Assembly (NCBI GenBank): GCA_963777945.1
Contig: CAVZSN010000009.1
Span: 22,286-86,285, forward strand
Length of the DNA: 64,000 nucleotides
Direction of reading: 5' to 3'
From: an uncultured Actinomycetota bacterium
Lineage (GTDB): Bacteria > Actinomycetota > Thermoleophilia > RBG-16-64-13
Of this stretch, positions 27,808 to 37,105 are shown piece after piece (within the stretch, counting starts at the first letter, position 1; each line of letters starts with the position of its first letter). Under the pieces are notes generated by a model that saw nothing but the letters and a program-made list of their open reading frames with translations, searched no databases and was not told the DNA's origin. The position numbers and the translations under genes are program-made.

Positions 27808-27822
27808 AGACTGCCACCGGGG

Positions 27823-28038
27823 GTGCCGCTCCTCGATCCGATCGTCGCCTACCTTCGTGGGATGGCCAGGACCGCCGTGGCGTGGTCGTCCGACGGGGAG
27901 GCCTTGGCAATAGCAGGTCTCTTTGACAGTGGCCGGGAGCCGTTCACTCATCTCTACGTTGTGAACGCCGACGGTAGCGGGCTTTCAATGGTCCCCGGCG
28001 TCGAGGCAGCGAGAGACCCCGCTTGGCGACCTGAGTAG
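27823..28038 (+). CDS. short PD40/TolB-like beta-propeller repeat fragment (probable gene remnant)
   Basis: 71 aa with AWSSDGEALAI...LYVVNADGSGL...PAWRP, which resembles one to two PD40 repeats. Too short for a propeller. Confidence 0.3.
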   Translation: MPLLDPIVAYLRGMARTAVAWSSDGEALAIAGLFDSGREPFTHLYVVNADGSGLSMVPGVEAARDPAWRPE

Positions 28039-28068
28039 ACGCCCCGGCGGTGCCGGGGCCTCGCCGCA

Positions 28069-29399
28069 TCAGCGCTGAGGGCGCGGCGGGACCAAGTAGC
28101 GCAGAAACCAATCGCCGGCGAGTCGGGAGACCTGCTCCAGAGTGCCCGGCTCCTCGAAGAGGTGACTGGCGCCGGGTACGATCTGCAGGTCTTTGATCGC
28201 GGTCAGGCGCGTGAGCGCGCTCTGGTTCATCTGTATCACTGCGTGGTCGTGACCCCCCACGACGAGCAGGGTGGGGGCGACGACCTTGGGCAACGCATCC
28301 ATGGCCAGGTCGGGCCGCCCCCCGCGGGAGACCACGGCGCGCACGATGTTGGGCTCATCGGCGAAGTGGGCCGCCGCCTGCAGGGCGGCCGCCGCCCCTG
28401 TGCTTGCTCCGAAGTATCCGATCCCCAAGTTGAGCGCCTCCGGGCGCTGTCGCAGCCATTCGGTGGCCCCGATCACGCGTTGGGTGAGCAATCCGATATC
28501 GAAGCGCAGCTCCGCGGTCATCTGGTCCACGCGGTCCTCGTCCTCGGAAAGAAGATCGAAGAGGAGCGTAGAGAGACCACGCGACTGCAGGTCGCGCGCG
28601 ACCGCCTGGTTGCGTGAACTGAAGCGACTGCTTCCGCTGCCGTGCACGAACAGAACAAGACCGGCCGAGTCGGGAACCAGGCTCGAGGATAGCCCGGCAG
28701 AACAGTCGCACCGAGGGTGATCTCGACGTCATGTTCGTCGCCCTGCGCCGGCCGGCCGAAATCCGCCGCCTTGCGCAGCGCCTCGAGTACCTCGTCGTCG
28801 GTGGTCTGGGAGAAGTCCGCGTACCACTGACCCACGCCGAAGAACATCTCAGGCGTCATGAGACAGACGGCCTCGTCCACCTCACTCTCGAGATCGCGGC
28901 AGGTAGACGAGGGGGCGGTCGGGACGGCCATCACCACTCTCCCCGGGCCGTGGGCCGCCAGCGACCGGATGGCCGTGCGCATGCTGGCTCCCGTTGCCAG
29001 TCCATCGTCCACGATGATGACCGTCTTGCCTGCCAGCTCCCGAGGAGGGGAGTCCCCACGGTATGCTTTCTCCCGGCGTTCGAGTTCGATCTGCTCCCGG
29101 GCGGCGACAGCGTCGATGCGGGCCTGGTCGAGTCCGACGCCTCGCACCACATCTGCGTTGAGGACCCGTATTCCACCGCTGGCGATGGCGCCGAAGGCCA
29201 ACTCCTCCTGGCCCGGCACTCCCAGCTTGCGGACCACGTAGACGTCGAGGGGGACGCCCAACGCCCGAGCGACCTCATACGCCACCACGACGCCTCCCCG
29301 GGGGAGCCCGAGGACCACGACGTCGCTGCGGCCCGCGTAGGCGGCGAGTTTCTCGGCCAACCGGCGTCCGGCCTCGCTCCGATCTGCAAAACCGCGCAT
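28069..29399 (-). pseudogene. phosphoribosyltransferase domain fused to a dienelactone-hydrolase-like alpha/beta hydrolase; one frame disruption near 28680
   Basis: The PRTase part ([28 protein letters not shown]) is in ORF 28518..29399. The hydrolase part ([24 protein letters not shown]..., YFGASTGAAAAL, GGHDH) is in the frame of ORF 28069..28647. The join is at ...[10 protein letters not shown] / LSSSLVPDS. Confidence 0.65.
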
Positions 29400-29589
29400 C
29401 GCTCGGCTCCCCTCGGCCCGTTCCCCCGATGACTCATACTCAGGGCCTGTGTTCGACGACCGGATATTCCCCGTTGTGGCGCGAGACTAATCCGTCCTGC
29501 GCTGATCGCCCGCAGAACGATAGAATCGCCAGTGAGGGCTCACTCGCTACAGCGGCGGCTAAAGAGCCGGAGCCGCGGAGGTCGTAGCT

Positions 29590-32250
29590 ATGCCGGAGAC
29601 AGCGGGGGAGATAAGGAGACTGACGACCTGCACCAACGGCGGGCCTCTCTTTGTCGATGTACAGGGCGGCCGCATCGTCCGGATGACACCCATCATCTTC
29701 GACCAGTCTGACGCGCCTTCGTGGGCCATCACCGCCCGGGGACGTACCTTCCGGCCCCCGCGCAAGACGACCAACTCCCCTTACACCGTGGCATATCGCT
29801 CGCTGGTGTACTCACCCAAACGGATCCTCACCCCGCTCAAGCGGGTGGACTTCGATCCCTCGGGCGCTCCCGGCTCGACCGGTCCGGGCGGGCGCAACGT
29901 CCAGAACCGAGGGACCTCCGGCTACGAGCCCATCCCGTGGGATGAGGCCCTCGACATCGTGGCGGCAGAGATCAAGCGGGTCAAGCGCGAATGCGGACCG
30001 GGCGCCATCCTCAGTACGCCCAGTTCGCACCACATGTGGGGCAATATCGGGTATCGCCACAGCACCTACTTCCGCTTCATGAACCTGGTGGGCTTCACCT
30101 ACGGGGAGCACAATCCCGACAGTTGGGAAGGTTGGCATTGGGGGGCTACCCACATGTGGGGTCAGAGTCACCGCCTGGGCCTCCCCGAGCAGTACGACCT
30201 GCTGGAGGACGCGCTCCAGAACACCGAGCTCGTCGTGTTCTGGTCGGCCGACCCCGAGGCTACCTGCGGTGGCATCTACGCTGCGTTCGAAAGCACGCCG
30301 CGGCGGCAGTGGCTCAAAGATCTCGGGGTAAGAATGATCGTCATCGATCCCTACTTCAACCACACCGCGGGGTTGGTCGCCGACACCTGGCTGGCTCCGC
30401 GCCCGGGCACCGATGTCGCCGTGGCCCTGGCCATCGCCCATGTCTGGTTGACCGAAGGCACCTACGACAAGGAGTACGTCTCCGGCCGCACTGTGGGTTT
30501 CGAACAATGGAAGGACTACGTCCTTGGTGTGAGCGACGGCGTTCCCAAGACTTCGGAGTGGGCGAGCGCCGAGTCTGGGGTGCCTGCGCGCGAGATCCGC
30601 GCGTTGGCTCGGGAATGGGCCGCGAAGAGGACCATGCTCGCTCCGGGCAGCAACCACGGTATGGGCGGCGCCTGTCGCGCGGCCACGGGCAACGAGTGGA
30701 CGCGGGCGATGGTCGCCCTGGCCGCGATGCAGGGGATGGGCAAGCCGGGCAGCAATATCTGGGCGACCACGACCGGGACTCCCGTCGACTGCTCCTTCGT
30801 CATGGACGGCTACGCCGAAGGCGGCATCTCCGGCGACGTCGACAACACGGCTGCGGGCTTCCGCTGGGTCTATCGCATGTTCCCCCAGGGCGGCGCCACG
30901 CGCACCGCCCATCACTCCACCGAAGGTCAAACGGTCGATCGCCTGCGTATCCCCGAAGCCCTCATGGGCGACCGGCTCGAGTGGCGGGGCAAAGGGTTCT
31001 GCGGCAGCTCCATCGAGAGCCAGTTCAAACTCTACAAGTACCCGGCCTCGGGTTACTCGCCCATAGCCATGTACTACCGCTACGGCGGTTCCTACTTGGG
31101 GACCATGACCGAGAGTAACCGTCTGGCCCGCGCCTACCGCGAGGGCGAGGTGCCGTTCGTGGTCAACCAGAGCGTGTGGTTCGAAGGCGAGACCAAGTTC
31201 GCCGACATCGTGCTGCCTGCCTGCACCAACCTGGAGCGCTGGGACATCGGCGAATGGGCCAACTGCTCCGGCTATGTCACCGACTCGTACAGCATGTGCA
31301 ACCATCGGGTGATCGTCCTGCAGCAGAAATGCATCGAACCGCTGGGCGAATCCAAGTCCGACTATCAGATCTTCGCCGAACTGGCCAAACGCCTGGGGCT
31401 GTGGGAGATCTTCACCGACGGGGGCAAGACCGAGTACGACTGGGTGAAGCAGTCGTTCGCCGCCTCCGATCTGCCGAAGCACATCTCCTGGGAGGAGTTC
31501 CTGAAGAAGGGCTACTTCGTCGTGCCGCCTCGGCCGGCCGACAAGCCTTCCACGCCGGCCTTCCGATGGTTCGCGGAGGACCGGGAGCGCGACACTCCCG
31601 ACTGGGGTCCCCATCCGGCCGACACCGTCGGACTCAAGGGTCTCCAGACCGCTTCGGGCAAGATCGAGTTCGTCTCCTCCAGCCTCACCCGGTTCGGGAA
31701 GACCGATACCGCCGACCCGGAGCGCCCCGCGATGGGACCGCAGTACATCCCCAGCTGGGAGGGACACCGCACCGTCGGCCTTGTCGCCCGGTTTCCGCTC
31801 CAGATGATCTCCCCGCACCCACGCTTTTCCTTCCACACCATGGGCGACGGCAAGGAGAGCTGGATGAACGAAGTGAAGGACCACAGAGTGCTCAAGGAGG
31901 ACGGGCACCGCTACTGGATCATGCGCATGAGCGCCGCCGATGCCGCCGCAAGGGGCATCGGCGACGGCGACCTGATCCGGGCCTTCAACGATCGGGGGTC
32001 GGTGATCCTGGCGGCGCAGGTGACCGAGAGGCTGGCCCCGGGAGTGGTGCATGCGTACGAGAGCTGTGCCGACTACTTGCCCCTCGGGGAGCCCGGCCGC
32101 TCCCCAGAGCGCGCCGGCTGCGTCAACACGCTGACTTCCAAGCGCTACATCACCCCCACGTCGACAGGGATGGCGCCCAACTCCTGCCTGGTCCAGGTGG
32201 AGAAGTGGGGACACGGCACCTTTCTCGCACAGAAGGAGATGCAATCATGA
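29590..32250 (+). CDS. athL: pyrogallol-phloroglucinol transhydroxylase large subunit homologue (bis-MGD molybdoenzyme), intact, no adjacent beta subunit
   Basis: 886 aa. Long stretches match my recollection of Pelobacter AthL (ILSTPSSHHMWGNIGYRHSTYFRFMN, HNPDSWEGWHWG, PEQYDLLED, MQGMGKPGSN, LPACTN.ERWDI, SPHPRFS.HTMGDGK, NDRGSVILAAQVTE). No signal peptide and no N-terminal Fe-S motif. Confidence 0.75.
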   Translation: MPETAGEIRRLTTCTNGGPLFVDVQGGRIVRMTPIIFDQSDAPSWAITARGRTFRPPRKTTNSPYTVAYRSLVYSPKRILTPLKRVDFDPSGAPGSTGPGGRNVQNRGTSGYEPIPWDEALDIVAAEIKRVKRECGPGAILSTPSSHHMWGNIGYRHSTYFRFMNLVGFTYGEHNPDSWEGWHWGATHMWGQSHRLGLPEQYDLLEDALQNTELVVFWSADPEATCGGIYAAFESTPRRQWLKDLGVRMIVIDPYFNHTAGLVADTWLAPRPGTDVAVALAIAHVWLTEGTYDKEYVSGRTVGFEQWKDYVLGVSDGVPKTSEWASAESGVPAREIRALAREWAAKRTMLAPGSNHGMGGACRAATGNEWTRAMVALAAMQGMGKPGSNIWATTTGTPVDCSFVMDGYAEGGISGDVDNTAAGFRWVYRMFPQGGATRTAHHSTEGQTVDRLRIPEALMGDRLEWRGKGFCGSSIESQFKLYKYPASGYSPIAMYYRYGGSYLGTMTESNRLARAYREGEVPFVVNQSVWFEGETKFADIVLPACTNLERWDIGEWANCSGYVTDSYSMCNHRVIVLQQKCIEPLGESKSDYQIFAELAKRLGLWEIFTDGGKTEYDWVKQSFAASDLPKHISWEEFLKKGYFVVPPRPADKPSTPAFRWFAEDRERDTPDWGPHPADTVGLKGLQTASGKIEFVSSSLTRFGKTDTADPERPAMGPQYIPSWEGHRTVGLVARFPLQMISPHPRFSFHTMGDGKESWMNEVKDHRVLKEDGHRYWIMRMSAADAAARGIGDGDLIRAFNDRGSVILAAQVTERLAPGVVHAYESCADYLPLGEPGRSPERAGCVNTLTSKRYITPTSTGMAPNSCLVQVEKWGHGTFLAQKEMQS

Positions 32251-33089
32251 AACCTACCCGCGTGTGTCTGCTGGACGGTGGCTCCCTCGCTATCGACGGC
32301 TACAAGGTCTACTGGAACCGCGGTCCAGGCGGAGATATCCGCTTTCCCGTCTACTCGGTGCTCATCGATCACGAGGACGGGCTGTTCATCTACGACAGCG
32401 GCTTCGATCTGCCGCACATGCAGACCTTTATCCCGGGTGACCAGCCGCTGCAGACGCCGGAGCAGACCCTCCCGGCGCAGCTGGCCAAGGTGGGTCTGCA
32501 GCCGGCGGACGTGACCCACGTCCTCAGCTCTCATCTGCACATCGACCACTGCGGAGGCCACGAGTTCTTTCCGCAGGCCCTCGTCTATTGTCACGCCTAT
32601 GAGTACGCCCAGGCGATGAAGCCCGCGCTCTTCGAGCGGCTTAGCTACTCCGACCTGAGTTTCGACCCCGGCCTGGAGGCGGTGCGCGATGGCCGGCAGG
32701 CCGGCAGCGAAGGGGACGGCGATCACCTGGTCTCCCCCCGGTACAAGCTCGTGAGAGGTGACTTCGAAGTGGCCAGAGGCGTGAGGCTCATCGAGACGCT
32801 GGGCCACTCCGCCGGACACTACAGCCTGCTGGTGGAGTTCCCCGGGGAGGAGGGTGTGGTTGGTGACGGCGCTCTGCGGAAGCCCATGCTCTTCACCGGA
32901 GACGCGGCCATGACGCCTCGCAATCTGGAGATCATGGTCATAGGCGGCTTCCATCTCGACCCGCTCAAAGGCGTCGAGTCGCTGCAGAGGATCAAGGACA
33001 TCCAGGCGGAGTACGGCGCGGAGCTCTTCTTCTCCCACAGCATGCCGGAGTATGAGACCTGGCTCAAGGCTCCCGATTGGTACCAGTGA
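32247..33089 (+). CDS. metallo-beta-lactamase-fold hydrolase, N-acyl-homoserine-lactonase-like
   Basis: ATG 32247 overlaps the athL stop (ATGA). SHLHIDHCGG (HxHxDH), TLGHSAGH and FTGDAA metal-ligand motifs. The upstream 357 codons of ORF 31176..33089 are an out-of-frame overlap of athL. Confidence 0.75.
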   Translation: MKPTRVCLLDGGSLAIDGYKVYWNRGPGGDIRFPVYSVLIDHEDGLFIYDSGFDLPHMQTFIPGDQPLQTPEQTLPAQLAKVGLQPADVTHVLSSHLHIDHCGGHEFFPQALVYCHAYEYAQAMKPALFERLSYSDLSFDPGLEAVRDGRQAGSEGDGDHLVSPRYKLVRGDFEVARGVRLIETLGHSAGHYSLLVEFPGEEGVVGDGALRKPMLFTGDAAMTPRNLEIMVIGGFHLDPLKGVESLQRIKDIQAEYGAELFFSHSMPEYETWLKAPDWYQ

Positions 33090-33128
33090 GACCGGGAACG
33101 GTATCGGCCCGATGGGGTCTTCTTCGCC

Positions 33129-33764
33129 TTGAAGCCTGACGCGCTGGTATTCGACCTGGACGGTACCCTCTGGGACGCGGCCGCCGCATCCACCTATGGG
33201 TGGAACTTGGCGCTCGAGGAGCTGGGCGCATCGCAACGGGTGACCGTCGACGACATCCGCTCGGTGAGCGGCCGGCCCTTCGTTCGCTGCGTGGAGATCC
33301 TTCTGCCCGGACTGTCCCCTGCCCCGGACTCGATGCTCCAGCAGCTTGAGGCAAGGGAGCGGACCGGTATCGAGCTCATGGCGGGGGTGCTCTACGATGG
33401 CGTCGCCTACGGGTTGGCGCGGCTTTCGGCCAGGTATCCCCTGTTCCTGGTGAGCAACTGCCCCGCCTGGTATCTGGACGAGTTCTTCCGGGTCAGCGGT
33501 CTGCGGGGATGCTTCGCCGGGTGGGACTGCCACGGCCTATCGGGGGCCCCGAAATCCAGGATGCTCCGGCAACTGTCGGATACGCACCGCCTGGCAGCGG
33601 CCGTCTACGTCGGCGACACGCAAGGGGACCGCGAAGCGGCCGAACGGGCAGGTATGGATTTCGTCTTCGTCTCGTACGGGTTCGGTCACATCGACCCGGC
33701 CGCCGAAAGGCCGCCGCCGTCCTTCGCGGGTTTCAGCGAGCTGGTCGACCACTATCTGGCCTAG
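33129..33764 (+). CDS. HAD-superfamily hydrolase (phosphatase-like)
   Basis: 211 aa. TTG start. Motif I VFDLDGTLWD. C-terminal VGDTQGDREAAERAG (motif IV-like). Confidence 0.65.
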   Translation: MKPDALVFDLDGTLWDAAAASTYGWNLALEELGASQRVTVDDIRSVSGRPFVRCVEILLPGLSPAPDSMLQQLEARERTGIELMAGVLYDGVAYGLARLSARYPLFLVSNCPAWYLDEFFRVSGLRGCFAGWDCHGLSGAPKSRMLRQLSDTHRLAAAVYVGDTQGDREAAERAGMDFVFVSYGFGHIDPAAERPPPSFAGFSELVDHYLA

Positions 33765-33839
33765 CCGGCGGCCGCTCGTCGGCGGAGGGGCGGTTGGCGC
33801 CCGACGCCCTCCTCCCGCAGCCTCCATTGCGGTCTTCTC

Positions 33840-34257
33840 TTAGCGGCCCGAGCGCTCTAGCTCCGTGTACGGAAACCAGGTAGCTCCCTTGTCGAGCTTG
33901 ACCATGGCCCCGCCTGCGGTGGTCCAAAGTATCCTGCCGGTGCGGCCCAGGTACTGGTCAAGCCATTCGGGCGGGTAGCGTATGCCCGAGGTATGGTCCT
34001 TGACGACCGTGACCGTGTCGCCCGCCTTGAGTACTTCCGACGGCGGAGGAACAAATCGCGTCTTCTCCGCGGCCGGCCGCCGCGGCGGCGGAGAACTTCA
34101 CCGTGACCTCGATGACGGCGGGCGCGGGCTGCGGAAGTGCTCCGCTATCCAGCGATAACGTCCCCAATACCAGGGGCTTCTCACCCGTCGGCTCTTCGAC
34201 ATAGTGGGTGCGCCCATCCGCATCTCCGAGCAGCGAAAGGCTGACTCTCAAAGGCAT
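33840..34257 (-). pseudogene. hypothetical small protein, one frame disruption near 34070 in a GC run
   Basis: The N-terminus is in ORF 33958..34257 (MPLRVSLSLLGDADGRTHYVEEP...). A plausible continuation EKTRFVPPPSEVLKAGDTVTVVKDHTSGIRYPPEWLDQYLGRTGRILWTTAGG... lies in another frame and ends at TAA 33842-33840. Confidence 0.35.
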
Positions 34258-34266
34258 GTCTGCTCC

Positions 34267-34668
34267 TTATCCGACTGCGGTCGCTTCGATCTCGATGGTC
34301 CAGTCCGGGCCGGCCAGGGTGCTCACGCCCAAGAGGGTGGACGCGGGCTTGCAGCGCGCGGCCTTTAGACGCTCACCCACGATGGGCACTGCCTCCAGGA
34401 AGGCGGGCACGTCGGTGACGTAGTAGTTCAGGCGGACCACGTGGGACAGATCGAGGCCGGCCTTGCCGAGGACGATCTCGAGGTTATCGAGGCACTGGTG
34501 GAACTGCGCTGTCATGTCGCCGGCGTGCAGCGGCGCCCCGGTCCCATCCACCGAGGTCTGGCCGGCGCAGTACACCACTCGTTCTGCGCCCCGCACTTCG
34601 ATCGCCTGCGAGAAGTCGAACTGGTCTTGCCAATCGCCGGGGTTCAGGGCACGCATCTCCATGATCAC
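34267..34668 (-). CDS. RidA/YjgF/L-PSP family protein
   Basis: 133 aa. CAGQTSVDGTG, HVVRLNYYVTD, and the C-terminal IEIEATA pattern. The start overlaps the upstream hydrolase stop (ATGA at 34665-34668). Confidence 0.7.
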   Translation of the reverse strand: MIMEMRALNPGDWQDQFDFSQAIEVRGAERVVYCAGQTSVDGTGAPLHAGDMTAQFHQCLDNLEIVLGKAGLDLSHVVRLNYYVTDVPAFLEAVPIVGERLKAARCKPASTLLGVSTLAGPDWTIEIEATAVG

Positions 34669-35450
34669 GCCTCCGACCAGAGGAAATCCCTGATGGCCTT
34701 GGCCACCTCGCCGGGGATCTCGTAGTGCGCGCCGTGGCTGCCCGGCATCACAGAGACGGTCGCTCCCAGTCGCTCCGCAAGCCAGGAGGCCGCCTCCATG
34801 AAGAAAGGCGCGCTCTCGGCGCCGCAGAACACGGTGATCGGCGTGGAGACTCGTGCCAAGTCCTCGTCCGCGGGGCGGTAGTACTCGAAGTTGTCGAACT
34901 CGAGGTCGATCCAGGTACGGTCGTCGGCCAGCCGGGTCCGGTAATCCGCGGGGAGGCTCTCGAAGATGATGTCGCCGGTCAGCATGCGCATGAAAGGTAC
35001 CTTCCCGCTGGCTGTCGCCTCCTTGAGGAAGCCGCGCACCTTGCCCACGTCGCTCATCCCGGCGAACAGCGGAGGCTCGTGCAGCATGGCCGCGGTGACG
35101 GCCTCCGGGTGGCGGAGGGTGAGGCTGAGTCCGATGATAGCTCCCGAGCTGTTGCCCCAGACGGCTGCCGGGCCGAGTCCAAGGGCATCGAGAAGGGCGG
35201 CCGCATCGTCGGCTTGCTGCTCGACAGTGGTGTTCGCGAAACCATCGGGTCGCGGGCTGCGCGAGAAGGCTCTGCGATCGTAGGAGACGATGGTGAACTC
35301 ATCTTGGAGCAGGGCGACCACCCGCGCATACTCCTCCGCGTCCCCTTCGGCTCCGGGGATGAACAGGAGTGAGGGGCCCGAACCCCGCACTTCGTAGTAG
35401 AGTCGGGTGCCGTTCGCTTCGACCGTCCCCGTTCGCGCTGCCTTCGTCAT
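34665..35450 (-). CDS. alpha/beta-fold hydrolase
   Basis: 261 aa. NGTRLYYEVRGSGPSLLFIPG. Nucleophile elbow VWGNSSGA. C-terminal GSHGAH. Confidence 0.7.
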   Translation of the reverse strand: MTKAARTGTVEANGTRLYYEVRGSGPSLLFIPGAEGDAEEYARVVALLQDEFTIVSYDRRAFSRSPRPDGFANTTVEQQADDAAALLDALGLGPAAVWGNSSGAIIGLSLTLRHPEAVTAAMLHEPPLFAGMSDVGKVRGFLKEATASGKVPFMRMLTGDIIFESLPADYRTRLADDRTWIDLEFDNFEYYRPADEDLARVSTPITVFCGAESAPFFMEAASWLAERLGATVSVMPGSHGAHYEIPGEVAKAIRDFLWSEA

Positions 35451-35638
35451 GGTGCCTCCCCCTTGTCGGGCTGCGACTCACCTTGCCGTGACCCACCCTG
35501 CGGCGGCTCACCTTGCTCGACTCACCTGTCAATTGAATGACTCCAGCCGCATTAAGTCAACGCCTGGTACTGAGTCTGGTGTCGCAGTGTATCTTTGAGC
35601 CAAGGTTGACCCGTGCCTATCAAGGGAAGAAGCTTCTC

Positions 35639-37081
35639 ATGAACGCCATGCCCAACGATATCGGAATGATCGGCCTGGGTACGATGGGCCGGAATCTGGT
35701 GCTCAACATGGCGGACAGGGGCTTCGCCGTGGCGGCGTTCAACCGCACGTCCTCCGTCACCGACATGTTCGTCTCCGGACTCCGGCCCGATCAGCACGTG
35801 CACCCCTGCCACTCACTGGACGAACTCCTCGACTCGCTGAAGCGGCCGCGCGTGATCATGATGATGGTCGACGCCGGAAGGCCGGTCGATGCGGTGCTCG
35901 AAGGCCTCGAGCCGCTGCTCGAGCCCGGCGATATCGTCGTGGACGGGGGCAATTCTCACTTCAGGGACACCGATCGGCGTGGAGCTGCCCTCGATGGCCG
36001 GAGCGTGCGCTACCTGGGTGTGGGCATCTCCGGAGGCGAGCTGGGAGCGCGTCACGGTCCGAGCATGATGCCCGGAGGACCGCGCGCCGCCTTCCAGGCG
36101 GTGCAGCCGATCTTCGAAGCCGTGGCAGCGAACGTGGAGGGAAGGGCCTGCGTCTCGTACTTGGGGCCCGGCTCGGCCGGCCATTACGTCAAGATGGTGC
36201 ATAACGGCATCGAGTACGGGTTCATGCAGCTCATCGCGGAGAGTTACGCTCTGCTCAAGCAGGGTCTGGGCTTGACCAACCCGGAACTCGCGGACGTCTA
36301 CGGGGAGTGGCAAGGGGCGGAACTCGATTCCTATCTTGTCGAGATAACATCCCAGATCCTGCGACGCCGCGACGAACGATCCGGGGGCTTCCTGATCGAT
36401 GTGATCCGGGGAGAAGCCGGTCAGCTGGGGACGGGCACCTGGACTTCGCAGAACGCGATGGACCTGCACGTACCCACTCCCACCGTCGATGCCGCCGTCA
36501 GCATGCGCAGTCTCTCGGGACTCGAGCAAGAGCGTGCGGAGGCTCGAAGGACAGCAGACGCCGGCGGCGTGGCCGGTGGCGTGGCCGGCGCGGCGGCCCG
36601 CGCGTCGACGCCCCCCGCGTTGACCGTGGAGCTCGTGCGGGACGCACTGTATGCGGGCTTGATAGTGGCGTACGCGCAGGGCTTCGCTCTGCTGCGGCGT
36701 GCGTCGGAAGTACAGGGCTATGGGCTCTCCCTCGGTGAGGTGGCCTCGATCTGGCGTGGCGGCTGCATCATCAGATCCGCACTGCTCAGAGTGATCAGCG
36801 CGGTCTTCGAGGGACAGCCCGGACTTGCCAACCTGTTGCTCGACCCAGGATTGAGTGCCGAAGTGAACATGCGGCGGGGAGCACTCGCCGCTGTCGTTCG
36901 CGCGGGTGCCACAGAGCAGATCCCCATACCCGGCATGATGACGGCTCTCGCTTACGTCGACAGCTACCAGACCGGTTGGCTGCCGACCAACCTGATACAG
37001 GCTCAGCGCGACTTCTTCGGAGCGCACACGTATCAGAGGGTCGACCAGGAGGGCATCTTCCACACCGACTGGTCATCATAG
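35639..37081 (+). CDS. gnd: 6-phosphogluconate dehydrogenase (decarboxylating)
   Basis: IGMIGLGTMGRNLVLNMADRGF, GGNSHF, GISGGELGARHGPSMMPGG and HYVKMVHNGIEYGFMQLIAE. Start chosen at the in-frame ATG 35639; ATG 35648 is also possible. Confidence 0.85.
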   Translation: MNAMPNDIGMIGLGTMGRNLVLNMADRGFAVAAFNRTSSVTDMFVSGLRPDQHVHPCHSLDELLDSLKRPRVIMMMVDAGRPVDAVLEGLEPLLEPGDIVVDGGNSHFRDTDRRGAALDGRSVRYLGVGISGGELGARHGPSMMPGGPRAAFQAVQPIFEAVAANVEGRACVSYLGPGSAGHYVKMVHNGIEYGFMQLIAESYALLKQGLGLTNPELADVYGEWQGAELDSYLVEITSQILRRRDERSGGFLIDVIRGEAGQLGTGTWTSQNAMDLHVPTPTVDAAVSMRSLSGLEQERAEARRTADAGGVAGGVAGAAARASTPPALTVELVRDALYAGLIVAYAQGFALLRRASEVQGYGLSLGEVASIWRGGCIIRSALLRVISAVFEGQPGLANLLLDPGLSAEVNMRRGALAAVVRAGATEQIPIPGMMTALAYVDSYQTGWLPTNLIQAQRDFFGAHTYQRVDQEGIFHTDWSS

Positions 37082-37105
37082 GCCGGAAGAGGGCAAGAAG
37101 CGGCC

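Noticed and set aside
29812-32244. 810-aa minus-strand ORF opposite athL. Similar long antisense ORFs occur at 4811..6058, 11355..12743, 32145..33533, 35813..37063, 46702..48288, 50881..52095, 59325..60881 and 60897..61964.
   Set aside because: All lie antisense to genes with strong family signatures. All are Arg/Gly/Pro/Asp-rich with no motifs. This is the typical stop-codon depletion of GC-rich DNA.
31176-32246. N-terminal 357 codons of the 637-aa ORF 31176..33089.
   Set aside because: This part is an out-of-frame overlap with athL and has an Arg/Gly/Pro-rich composition. The MBL-fold protein starts at ATG 32247 with the ATGA overlap.
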